Source of the DNA: Candidatus Saccharimonadota bacterium
GTDB lineage: Bacteria > Patescibacteriota > Saccharimonadia > Saccharimonadales > OFTM59
Length of the DNA stretch: 60,400 nt
Reading direction: 5' to 3'
Assembly (NCBI GenBank): GCA_029260875.1
Contig: JAJDCL010000011.1
Span: forward strand, 1 to 60,400
Below the pieces are notes generated by a model, which worked only from the letters and a program-made list of their open reading frames with translations, was not told where the DNA came from and ran no database searches. Positions 18,490 to 26,980 of this stretch are shown here, in pieces. The position numbers were made by a program, and so were the translations under genes. Position 1 is the stretch's first letter; each line of letters starts with the position of its first letter.

Positions 18490-20697
18490 CTAAGCGTTTT
18501 GGTTGTGCAGGTCGGGTGCGAGGAGTTTTGCTTTGGCAAATGTAAAGCCAAATGTACTGCCTCTGCCTTCTTGGCTGCTGAATATAAGACTCCCGCCCTG
18601 GGCAATAATAACTTTCTTTGCCATAAACAACCCCAACCCGGTTCCGTCCGGCCGGGCTTTACGCGCGTTACCTGCCCTGTAAAACTTGTTAAATAATTCG
18701 TGCTGTTCAGCTTTGGGCACACCCATACCGTCATCAGTGACCGTAAACTCTATACTGTTTGGTTTGTCCTCTAGCTTAACTGTTATGTGCCCGCCTTTAG
18801 GTGTGTAGTAAATGGCATTGTCAACAAAGTTCATAATAACTTGGCGTATTTTTGTTTCGTCCAGCATCAGGTCTGGGAACTTAGCTGGCTTATCATAAGC
18901 CAATGAAAGGCTGCGAACCCTGGCTGCTTCTGTTAGCTGACCGATTTCGCCCTCAACAACCTGCGCCAAGTTCGTAGCCTTACGCTCAACTATAAATTTG
19001 CCCGTCCGAAGACGAGAGACATTCAGCAAATCGGCTATCAGGTAAACCATGCGCTGCGAACTAGTAAAAGCCTGGCTCAATAGTTTTTGTTGCATATCTG
19101 TCAGCTTGCCGGCATCCCCATCTAAAACCATGCTCAAATATCCCTTAACAGAAGTCAGGGGTGTCCGCAGCTGGTGAGACGCCATACTAATAAATTCATC
19201 TTTGCTCGCATCCAGCGCTTTAAGCTTCAGGTTCGCCGCCTTTAATTCTGCCGTAGCCTCGTTGACCTTTGCCTGCAATGTAGCCGCAAACCCTTGAATC
19301 TCCTCAAACCGCAGCGCATTCTGAATCGCTATCACCAGCTCATCCGAGACAATCTGAATAATACGAAGGTCTTCCTTGCCATACATGTTGCCACTTTTTT
19401 TGGGACCTAGCCCCAAATAAGCCATGGCGCGTTTATGGTTGACAGAACTCCCCGAGGATATTGGAACAATAACAGCAATGTTATTAGTGGCAAGCGCCGC
19501 CTTAAGATCAGTGTCTGACTCGTCTACATTATCGGCAACTATTAAACGATCACCGAGCCTCTGTAGCTCTGACCCAAAAAAATGTAAATCAGCGTTATTC
19601 ACAACCTTGTTATTGCTGCTAAATACGCGGGGCGGCATATTATCTGTTTTTCTAGTAATCACAAAACACGCTTCACACTTTAGCGTTTCTTGGATAGTAG
19701 TACAGGTGCGGCGTAGCAAAACCTCAAGTTCAATGTTAGTAACTAATTCACTGTTTAACTCTTTAAGAAATACCTCTGGATCGTAAGCATCGCGATAAAA
19801 AATCTTATTGGTTATTCTGTCAAAGAAGCGCTTGATTGGCTGAAATGTCACGGCTGAAAATAGGGTATAGAATATAAAGAACAATCTGTGGCTGAGAGAG
19901 ATATTCTGTTCGTTAAACAGGGTGCCTGACAAAACAAACAACACCAAAGAATAAATAAGTGCGAGCGCGGCTAGTGCGATAACATAAGCCAAAGCTCTAG
20001 CTACAGTACGGCGAAAATCAAACAATTTGTGTTTTGCAATCGCGTAAACCACAAAAGCGGTAAATGTAATTGACGACAAGGGCCCTACCCATATTTGGCT
20101 ATAGCGCCCAAACCAGGGCATTACCAAGTTAAATATTACTCCTATAATTCCCGCCGTAACAGAGCCCAGAATTATAAACTTGGTCTGAGAACGGCGGGAC
20201 CTCGTTTCGGCTGGCAAGTTACTCGCCAGCTTGACCATAGCACTAATGAACAGGCTCAGAAACAAGAGGCTGTAAATAACTTGCCCGCCAACATTAAAGT
20301 TAACATTTTTCAGCCCTTCTTCATTGATCACTACTTCTTTTAGAATAAAATCAGGGTAGATAGATACCACGGCACAATAGCCTATAAATACAGTGGTTAG
20401 CCCGGTCAGCCATATTAATCCTGGCTGTTCATTTGTTCTGTAAAGCGCAAAGGCCGCCACAGCAACAGCTATACCAAGAGCTGCAGCGTAATATATGTTG
20501 GCGTAAACTGCCGCTTCAGAAAGTTCTCTTGTGTATAGAAATGCAGCTATGCCGAAACTCCAGACAGCTAGTGAAAGCGCCAGCAACAAAAACATGATAT
20601 TGGTCTTTTTAGTACGGTCACGGCTCAATACTGCAAGCCCGAGCAATAAGTTAAGACTACCGACAAATATAAGTCCACCCACCTCTAAAAAAATCAT
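18490..20697 (-). CDS. sensor histidine kinase (polytopic membrane N-terminus, GAF-like middle, HisKA + HATPase_c)
   Basis: H-box SMASHQLRTPLTSVKG, N-box VDNAIYYTP, G1 DDGMGV, G2 GTGLGL. About 7 N-terminal TM segments. Confidence 0.88.
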   Translation of the reverse strand: MIFLEVGGLIFVGSLNLLLGLAVLSRDRTKKTNIMFLLLALSLAVWSFGIAAFLYTRELSEAAVYANIYYAAALGIAVAVAAFALYRTNEQPGLIWLTGLTTVFIGYCAVVSIYPDFILKEVVINEEGLKNVNFNVGGQVIYSLLFLSLFISAMVKLASNLPAETRSRRSQTKFIILGSVTAGIIGVIFNLVMPWFGRYSQIWVGPLSSITFTAFVVYAIAKHKLFDFRRTVARALAYVIALAALALIYSLVLFVLSGTLFNEQNISLSHRLFFIFYTLFSAVTFQPIKRFFDRITNKIFYRDAYDPEVFLKELNSELVTNIELEVLLRRTCTTIQETLKCEACFVITRKTDNMPPRVFSSNNKVVNNADLHFFGSELQRLGDRLIVADNVDESDTDLKAALATNNIAVIVPISSGSSVNHKRAMAYLGLGPKKSGNMYGKEDLRIIQIVSDELVIAIQNALRFEEIQGFAATLQAKVNEATAELKAANLKLKALDASKDEFISMASHQLRTPLTSVKGYLSMVLDGDAGKLTDMQQKLLSQAFTSSQRMVYLIADLLNVSRLRTGKFIVERKATNLAQVVEGEIGQLTEAARVRSLSLAYDKPAKFPDLMLDETKIRQVIMNFVDNAIYYTPKGGHITVKLEDKPNSIEFTVTDDGMGVPKAEQHELFNKFYRAGNARKARPDGTGLGLFMAKKVIIAQGGSLIFSSQEGRGSTFGFTFAKAKLLAPDLHNQNA

Positions 20698-20700
20698 GTG

Positions 20701-21726
20701 TTAAGGCTTTCTAACCCTAAGTACGTTATAGACTCCATCTTTTGGCTGATAAACACTTAGACACTCATTGCTAATGCCCGCCTGTTGGCAAATTAAAAGC
20801 AATTCATCAACCTTGCGCGGTATAACGTGCGGCCAGCCAATACCACGCTTATGAACGTTTAGTTCCGGATGCTCTATGCGCATATTGCTTAATATCAATA
20901 TGCCACCCGCTTTCAGCAAACCGTAGGCAAGCTTTAAGAGTTTGACTGCCCGATCTGTATCCAGGTATTCAAAAATACCCATTAGCTCTATAATGTCAAC
21001 TTGTTTGGAACCAGTTGCCTGCGTTAGTAAGTCGCCATTCAATATATCGCCCACCAATAGCTTGATGTTATTAGGGTTAAGCTTCTCAACTAGAGTAATT
21101 TCTTTAGCAATCTTAATAGCTCGTTGATCAATATCAACATTCGAGTAGTGGAGCAAGCTTTTGTCTATCCCTGAAGCACCGATCATTATCATTGAAGACG
21201 CAGCGGTACCGCCACCCAAACTAAGCCAACGAACAGGTAGCTTTGCTCGCCCGTTGACGTAGTGATGTGCAATCCAGCCCCCCACAAGAGTTCTTGTGCG
21301 CACCCCTACGGGATCAAGAGCATGACGAAACAGTCGTCTTGTTATTGGGTCTAGACGCTTGCCACTAGGCAATCTCTTAAGCCCTGGGTGATGTATAGGC
21401 TCAAGAGCCAGCGCGCCTGGCATTAGAGTTGCCCAATCTGAAAAGCTGGGCAGGCTATACAAAAGCTTTCTTGCAAAGTTTTTGGAATGACGGAAATCAA
21501 GGTGTTGTCGTTTGGCTAGATATGCTTCTAACTGCCTACCAAAGATGCGTGACCCAAAGCGCTCCACCCGGTACCGTAACTGATGATATCCGTCGTGCAC
21601 TCTAAGCTCGTAAACATCAACACCATTACGGTTTGTACGAGTAACTTCTTTTACGGCATGGGTTATACCGTGCTTCATAGCATGGCGCTGGACTTTGGGC
21701 GTTCTTTTATCTTTATGCGACAACAT
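20701..21726 (-). CDS. class I SAM-dependent methyltransferase with an N-terminal extension
   Basis: Motif I-like LSLGGGTAASS, a later DIIELMGIFEYLD, and GGILILSN. Confidence 0.6.
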   Translation of the reverse strand: MLSHKDKRTPKVQRHAMKHGITHAVKEVTRTNRNGVDVYELRVHDGYHQLRYRVERFGSRIFGRQLEAYLAKRQHLDFRHSKNFARKLLYSLPSFSDWATLMPGALALEPIHHPGLKRLPSGKRLDPITRRLFRHALDPVGVRTRTLVGGWIAHHYVNGRAKLPVRWLSLGGGTAASSMIMIGASGIDKSLLHYSNVDIDQRAIKIAKEITLVEKLNPNNIKLLVGDILNGDLLTQATGSKQVDIIELMGIFEYLDTDRAVKLLKLAYGLLKAGGILILSNMRIEHPELNVHKRGIGWPHVIPRKVDELLLICQQAGISNECLSVYQPKDGVYNVLRVRKP

Positions 21727-21762
21727 CTTTGACCTTATTGTAGCGCACTATTTGCCTAAATC

Positions 21763-22521
21763 TTACCCCACCATCAGTTCGTCATTATGAGGATGACTGG
21801 ACTTTGGGTATTTTAAACCAATGAAAAACGGCAACCACAGAACAGGCTCTTTAAATACCTTTAGTATGGTGGTGCTGTGGCGCTTTGCACTTACACGTCT
21901 TACCAACAACTTGATCCCGTGTCTTTTAGCCTCGTCAATAAAAAGCTGGGTGTTGCTAAAGCGAATTACTGGGTCTCGTTCGTTGGCATATAAAAGAATG
22001 CTACGATCAGCAATTAGGTCCAAGTGGCTCATGGGTTCCAGAAATCCAAAAACGGCTGCCGCATCCTTAATGTCACGACCGGTGGACTCAAATTTATCCC
22101 GTATCTTTCTTAGTTGGGGGTGCTCCCATACATGCATAGCGCTGCTGCCGTATACAGTTACAAGCATGATTTTTTCCAATTCTTTAATAGTCTTTGCTGC
22201 ATAAAGAGCTAGAGCTGAGCCTACACTCACCCCTATAATTCCAAAACGAGTGCCAGGATATTTGCTTGTTTCGCTTCTAATATTTGTGGCAATGTCGCGT
22301 GCTAATCTTTCCGTCACCTCTACCCATTCCTCTGGCTGGGCAGTAAGTAGAGGACGGGATGGATAATCATAGATGTAGACGTTAAATCCTTTTTTATTTA
22401 GGGCGTTTACGATTGGACCGTAGTGCCATCTTCTGGTTCTAAAGGCAGCTATGATAAAAACCGTGCCACCAGTAAATTCTCGTGGCCTGTAACTCTTACA
22501 TTCAAATATAAGCTGGCCCAT
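21763..22521 (-). CDS. alpha/beta hydrolase
   Basis: Nucleophile elbow GIIGVSVGSALAL (GxSxG). 252 aa. Confidence 0.65.
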   Translation of the reverse strand: MGQLIFECKSYRPREFTGGTVFIIAAFRTRRWHYGPIVNALNKKGFNVYIYDYPSRPLLTAQPEEWVEVTERLARDIATNIRSETSKYPGTRFGIIGVSVGSALALYAAKTIKELEKIMLVTVYGSSAMHVWEHPQLRKIRDKFESTGRDIKDAAAVFGFLEPMSHLDLIADRSILLYANERDPVIRFSNTQLFIDEAKRHGIKLLVRRVSAKRHSTTILKVFKEPVLWLPFFIGLKYPKSSHPHNDELMVG

Positions 22522-22571
22522 GTTTTGTTTTCAAGTATTGATTTGAATTAATCACGTTTATAATACTGCAT

Positions 22572-22955
22572 ATGGCTAAGATTGTCATTGTTGAAGATGA
22601 CCAGATGTTGGCTGAGATATATCAGACCAGGATGCAGCTTGCTGGATACCTGTGCCATGTAGCCTACGACGGCTTATCGGGTCTAGCATTAATCCGCCAA
22701 GTCCAGCCTGACCTTGTTTTATTAGATCTTATGCTCCCTCAGCTCTCAGGCGATGCGGTGTTGGCACAGATGCGCAAAAATACATGGGGCAAAAATATTA
22801 AAGTTATCGTGCTGACCAACATTAGTGAGGCAGAGGCCCCTGATGGATTGCGTGAACTTGGCATAGAAAGCTATATAGTCAAGGCGAACATCTCAAACGA
22901 CCAGCTGGATAAGGTTGTAGCGGACACCCTCGCGGGCGCAGGGACCAGAACATAA
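22572..22955 (+). CDS. single-domain response regulator (receiver only)
   Basis: IVEDD...DLVLLDLMLPQLSGD...KVIVLTN...KA. No output domain. Confidence 0.85.
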   Translation: MAKIVIVEDDQMLAEIYQTRMQLAGYLCHVAYDGLSGLALIRQVQPDLVLLDLMLPQLSGDAVLAQMRKNTWGKNIKVIVLTNISEAEAPDGLRELGIESYIVKANISNDQLDKVVADTLAGAGTRT

Positions 22956-22974
22956 CCCGTGTTAAGATAGCAAT

Positions 22975-23343
22975 ATGATCAAAGTTGCGATAATTGAAGA
23001 TGACCTTGCTATTGCCCAGATGTACCGCATTAAGTTTGAGGCGGAAGGTTTTGATGTTGAGACGGCTGAAAACGGGAAATTAGGACTTGAGCTAGCAGAA
23101 AAAATAAGACCAAAGATTATCCTGCTGGACATCATGATGCCAGAGATGACAGGTGATGTCATGCTTAAGCTTATGCGACAAACTCAATGGGGCAAAAATA
23201 TTAAAGTTATCGTGCTGACCAACACTGGTGAACAAGAACTCCCTTCAGCGCTAAAAAGGCTCGGTGTTAGCGCAGTCATACTTAAGGCTGACATGACCCC
23301 GCGGCAGGTCGTAGAGCTGGTCAAACAACAACTCGCCGCCTAA
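22975..23343 (+). CDS. single-domain response regulator (receiver only), tandem paralogue
   Basis: IIEDD...KIILLDIMMPEMTGD...KVIVLTN...LKAD. Shares a 38-nt identical DNA block with the upstream paralogue. Confidence 0.85.
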   Translation: MIKVAIIEDDLAIAQMYRIKFEAEGFDVETAENGKLGLELAEKIRPKIILLDIMMPEMTGDVMLKLMRQTQWGKNIKVIVLTNTGEQELPSALKRLGVSAVILKADMTPRQVVELVKQQLAA

Positions 23344-23368
23344 GTGTGAAAGGTTTATCCTTTCACAC
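23344..23368. repeat. REP-like hairpin copy 1 (GTGTGAAAGG TTTAT CCTTTCACAC)
   Basis: 10-bp perfect stem and 5-nt loop. Sits between the response-regulator stop (23343) and the transposase stop (23363-5). Confidence 0.9.
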
Positions 23369-23995
23369 TGCTTCAGGGTCATTTGCAAGCTGCCACTTTA
23401 AGACCGACAGCTCTTGTTTGGAGTTTTCATAGTCCTTTATAAATTCTTCGTAAGCCCCTGGGTTATTATCAAAAAGCTCCAGTACAACTTGCGGGTTAAG
23501 CCAGGCAGGCGCTTTTTGGGGTTCTTTGTAATATTTTAAGCTTGAATAAGGCCAGGCTTGGTAGTCGTCGGCGTTCATATGAATATAGCGAGAAATATGA
23601 TGCAGATAGGCATCAGCATTGATGTGGGAAGCCCTATATGTGCCCTGGAACAAGGTTCCAACTCTTGAATATTTGTTATTAAAGTACATTACGTAGCCCG
23701 TCACGATACGACGCATCAGCTTCGTGATGGCATCCTGGCTCGTCTGATATAAAAGCAAATGAAAGTGATTCGGCATTAAACAATAGGCCAGAAGGCTTAC
23801 CTGACCCGATAGATTGTCAAATTTATGCCGATGAGTTTTTGTTCCACTATCACCTGTTAAGTATTTTTTTAGTAAGCCCAAAAACACAGTGTAGTCCTGT
23901 TGATCAAGGAAAACGTCCCGCTTCTCGACCCCACGATTGTATAAATGATAGTACTGGTCTTCGGCAAATTCTTTAACTATATTCTTGCTTGGCAT
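23363..23995 (-). CDS. IS200/IS605-family Y1 (HUH) transposase, RayT-like
   Basis: HUH motif in LMPNHFHLLLY. Tyr-containing helix ISRYIHMNA. 210 aa. Confidence 0.8.
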   Translation of the reverse strand: MPSKNIVKEFAEDQYYHLYNRGVEKRDVFLDQQDYTVFLGLLKKYLTGDSGTKTHRHKFDNLSGQVSLLAYCLMPNHFHLLLYQTSQDAITKLMRRIVTGYVMYFNNKYSRVGTLFQGTYRASHINADAYLHHISRYIHMNADDYQAWPYSSLKYYKEPQKAPAWLNPQVVLELFDNNPGAYEEFIKDYENSKQELSVLKWQLANDPEAV

Positions 23996-24018
23996 GTGAA
24001 AGGTTTATCCTTTCACAT
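23994..24018. repeat. REP-like hairpin copy 2 (ATGTGAAAGG TTTAT CCTTTCACAT)
   Basis: 10-bp perfect stem. On the minus strand its 3' arm ends in the AT of the transposase ATG, and its 5' arm contains the only SD-like AAAGGA. Confidence 0.9.
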
Positions 24019-24059
24019 TATTACATTTCTGTATCTTGAGAGCAAACCGCTATTTGGTT

Positions 24060-24080
24060 GTGAAAGGTTTATCCTTTCAC
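24060..24080. repeat. REP-like hairpin copy 3 (GTGAAAGG TTTAT CCTTTCAC), solo
   Basis: Identical 21-nt core located 27 nt upstream of the murD ATG. Confidence 0.9.
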
Positions 24081-24106
24081 GCTACGGAGTGGGGTATGCT
24101 GAGGGT

Positions 24107-25414
24107 ATGAAAATCGCAATCCTAGGTTATGAAGGTCAGGGTCAGGCCGCCTATCAATATTGGAACCGTGACGACAATACGCTCGTAATCTGCGATATGG
24201 ACGACAATAAAATCACTCCGCCGGGCGCAGGAGCACGCCTGGGCAAGGATTATCTGAAAAGCTTGGATGAATTTGACATGCTCGTCCGCACTCCAGGGCT
24301 GCACCCGCGCGACATAATTGTCGCCAACCCTGGCTCTCCCAATATCCTAGACAAGGTCACCGCTGTAACTAATGAATTTTTCCGTGTTTGCCCTACTCAA
24401 AACATCATCGGTGTAACCGGCACAAAAGGCAAAGGCACCACTAGTACTCTAGTAGCGAAAATGCTGGAGGCTTCAGGCAAAAATGTGCACCTTGGTGGCA
24501 ATATTGGCGTACCGCCACTTGAGATGCTAAAAAACGACATTCAGCCCGATGATTGGGTCGTGTTGGAGCTGGCTAACTTTCAGCTAATTGACCTTAAGTA
24601 TTCACCGCCTCTTGCAATCTGCTTGATGGTCGTGCCAGAGCACCTTAACTGGCACGAAGATTTTGACGAGTACATCCGCGCCAAAAAGCAACTATTCCGC
24701 TGGCAAAAAGCAAGCGACAAAGCCATTTACTTTGCCGGCAATGATAATTCCCAAAAAATTGTGTCAATCAGCAAAGGGACGAAAGTTCCGTACTACAAAT
24801 CACCGGGCGCAGAGGTTGTTAATAATGAAGTTGTTATTGACGGTCGGTCTGTATGCTCTGTCGGAGAGATAAAATTACTGGGCAAACATAACTGGCAGAA
24901 CGCCTGCGCGGCAGTCACAGCCGTTTGGCAAGTAGCCCAAAATATTGAAGCAATCCGCTCTGTTCTCACCAGCTTTACCGGGCTTGAGCATAGGTTAGAA
25001 TTTGTGAGGGAACTGAATGGGGTCAAGTACTATGACGATTCGTTCGGGACCACTCCTGAGACTGCTATCGTAGCGTTTGAGGCTTTCAAGGAGCCCAAGG
25101 TTGTCATACTTGGCGGTTCAGATAAAGGTTCTTCGTATGAAGAATTAGCCCAAGCAGTAATTAATAACAATGTGCGCAGTGTCATAAGTATAGGTGATAC
25201 GGGTTCCAAGATAGCTGAAATACTCAGAGGCAGGGGGTACGTGAATATTGTTGAAGGCGGAGCAAGCATGAGAGAGATTGTTGCTGCGGCCCAGGCACAA
25301 GCCCAGCCTGGCGATGTAGTGTTACTTTCAACTGGCTGTGCAAGCTTCGGCTTGTTCGAGAACTATAAGGATCGTGGCGACAAATTTATCCAAGCCGTGA
25401 AAGCACTCGTCTGA
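24107..25414 (+). CDS. murD: UDP-N-acetylmuramoylalanine--D-glutamate ligase
   Basis: MKIAILGYEGQG... start preceded by GGAGTGGGG/GAGGG. P-loop GVTGTKGKGTT. The track ORF start at 23945 runs through the REP hairpins and is not used. Confidence 0.88.
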   Translation: MKIAILGYEGQGQAAYQYWNRDDNTLVICDMDDNKITPPGAGARLGKDYLKSLDEFDMLVRTPGLHPRDIIVANPGSPNILDKVTAVTNEFFRVCPTQNIIGVTGTKGKGTTSTLVAKMLEASGKNVHLGGNIGVPPLEMLKNDIQPDDWVVLELANFQLIDLKYSPPLAICLMVVPEHLNWHEDFDEYIRAKKQLFRWQKASDKAIYFAGNDNSQKIVSISKGTKVPYYKSPGAEVVNNEVVIDGRSVCSVGEIKLLGKHNWQNACAAVTAVWQVAQNIEAIRSVLTSFTGLEHRLEFVRELNGVKYYDDSFGTTPETAIVAFEAFKEPKVVILGGSDKGSSYEELAQAVINNNVRSVISIGDTGSKIAEILRGRGYVNIVEGGASMREIVAAAQAQAQPGDVVLLSTGCASFGLFENYKDRGDKFIQAVKALV

Positions 25415-26033
25415 TCTGACCGATAATGGCCTTCTCAGGCTGGATAACTGTGGCTTTAAACCTATTTGCAATTGCCTGGATGTCATCTTCAATCCAGTGG
25501 TAGTGCGTACAGCCTAAGACAATTATGTCAGCGCCACTCTCACAGACTTCGGCGATACGCTGTTCAATCTGCTTATGGTCAGTCGTGTTTGATTCAATCA
25601 TGTATGCCCAGTCGCTGCAATCCGGTTCTATTACCCTAACATTTTTGGCATACTGCGCTTTAAGCCATAGATACCTTTTGCTGCTAAGCGTCGTTGGCGT
25701 TGCACACACCGCTATTGTTCTTGTCTGTGTCTGTTCGGCCGCCGGCTTGATCATGGGCTCCATTGCAATTAGTGGTACATCTAATTTTTCTCTCAGCGCA
25801 TCAATCAATGTGGTGCTAACCGTGTTACAAGCAATTACGATTAAGTCTACTTTGGTAGCAAGCTCCATCAATAGTGGAAGGACTAACTCAAGAAGCTCCG
25901 CCGGGGCTTTTGTGCCGTAAGGAATATTTTCATGGTCTTCCTTGTATACAACCTGAAGCTCGGGGAGTTCTTTTCTGATCAAATTAACGAGTGATTGCCC
26001 GCCAACCCCCGAATCAAAAACCCCAACCCTCAC
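25386..26033 (-). CDS. murI: glutamate racemase (short form)
   Basis: VFDSGVGG, IACNTVS and LGCTHY catalytic-Cys motifs. Confidence 0.8.
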   Translation of the reverse strand: MRVGVFDSGVGGQSLVNLIRKELPELQVVYKEDHENIPYGTKAPAELLELVLPLLMELATKVDLIVIACNTVSTTLIDALREKLDVPLIAMEPMIKPAAEQTQTRTIAVCATPTTLSSKRYLWLKAQYAKNVRVIEPDCSDWAYMIESNTTDHKQIEQRIAEVCESGADIIVLGCTHYHWIEDDIQAIANRFKATVIQPEKAIIGQIRRVLSRLG

Positions 26034-26842
26034 CTTGGATCCACTTTAAGCCGTGCAGCACGGATGACGTTATCAAACAACGCGCAAACTGTTAGCGGGC
26101 CAACACCGCCTTTGGTGGGTGTGATTGTTAAGTCGTCGCGCTCATAAACGCTTTCGTGCAAGTCACCTACTGTCTTACCAGATTCGCTTGCCACGCCTGC
26201 ATCAACAACTACTGCGCCATGCTTAATCATATTTGGAGACAAAATTCCCGGGCTGCCTGTCGCGGTGATTATAATATCTGCGTTAATTGTGTGTGCAGCT
26301 AAATCATCTACGGAACGATCAACAACTTCTACATCATACCCAGAATTTAAAAGCATTTTTTCTAGTGGCGCACCGACCAACTTGCCGCGCCCTATAAGCA
26401 AAATATGCCTACCATTCAGTTCAACATTGTAGCCAGACAACAGCCACATAATTGCCATCGGGGTAGCCGGGTCAAAGGCCGCGTTTTCGCCAAGCGCGTC
26501 AACGTCTTTATCCGCGCTTACTAAATTGACAACCTCGTCCGTCTTTGACGAATCGGCCAATGGCAGCTGCACAATTATGCCGTGAACAGAACTATCTGAA
26601 TTTAAATTTTCCAGCAGCTGACTTATCTGAGATTGATTAATATTATGGACGTCCACTTCTATGCCGATGTCTGCACCGTAAGCTTTCTTTAACCGCACAT
26701 AAGTATTAATAATCGGGTCATCTTTACACTGGACTATAGCCAGCTTTGGCTGGGTGTCATAACCTTGTCGCAGACTGCGCACCTGCTTGGCCTGCCGCTC
26801 CTTAATAAACTCAGACAACTCTTTGCCGTTTAGCAATTTCAT
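26030..26842 (-). CDS. folD: bifunctional methylene-THF dehydrogenase / methenyl-THF cyclohydrolase
   Basis: 270 aa. GRGKLVGAPL (NADP site) and TPTKGGVGPLTV. Confidence 0.88.
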   Translation of the reverse strand: MKLLNGKELSEFIKERQAKQVRSLRQGYDTQPKLAIVQCKDDPIINTYVRLKKAYGADIGIEVDVHNINQSQISQLLENLNSDSSVHGIIVQLPLADSSKTDEVVNLVSADKDVDALGENAAFDPATPMAIMWLLSGYNVELNGRHILLIGRGKLVGAPLEKMLLNSGYDVEVVDRSVDDLAAHTINADIIITATGSPGILSPNMIKHGAVVVDAGVASESGKTVGDLHESVYERDDLTITPTKGGVGPLTVCALFDNVIRAARLKVDPR

Positions 26843-26980
26843 AGACCTTATATTACCCTATCCCTTCAACAAATACGCCTCATTGTTCTGCCCACATTTT
26901 CATAATTGATCCGGCCGGAGAAATAATGAATGTAGTTTGTGTTAAAAACTGTTTGTGAATATAAGCGTTAGCGTTATCAT

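Larger units (their letters stand above)
23344..24018 (-). mobile_element. minimal IS200-like / REP-associated Y1 transposase unit (675 bp) bounded by identical hairpins
   Basis: A single Y1-transposase gene is flanked on both sides by the palindrome TGTGAAAGG-TTTAT-CCTTTCACA. Size and layout match IS200-type elements. Confidence 0.7.

Noticed and set aside
23945-24106. N-terminal 54-codon extension of murD in the ORF track
   Set aside because: The extension runs through two REP hairpins and overlaps the transposase start. The Met at 24107 has an SD-like GGAG/GAGGG upstream and gives the canonical MKIAILG...GQG MurD N-terminus.
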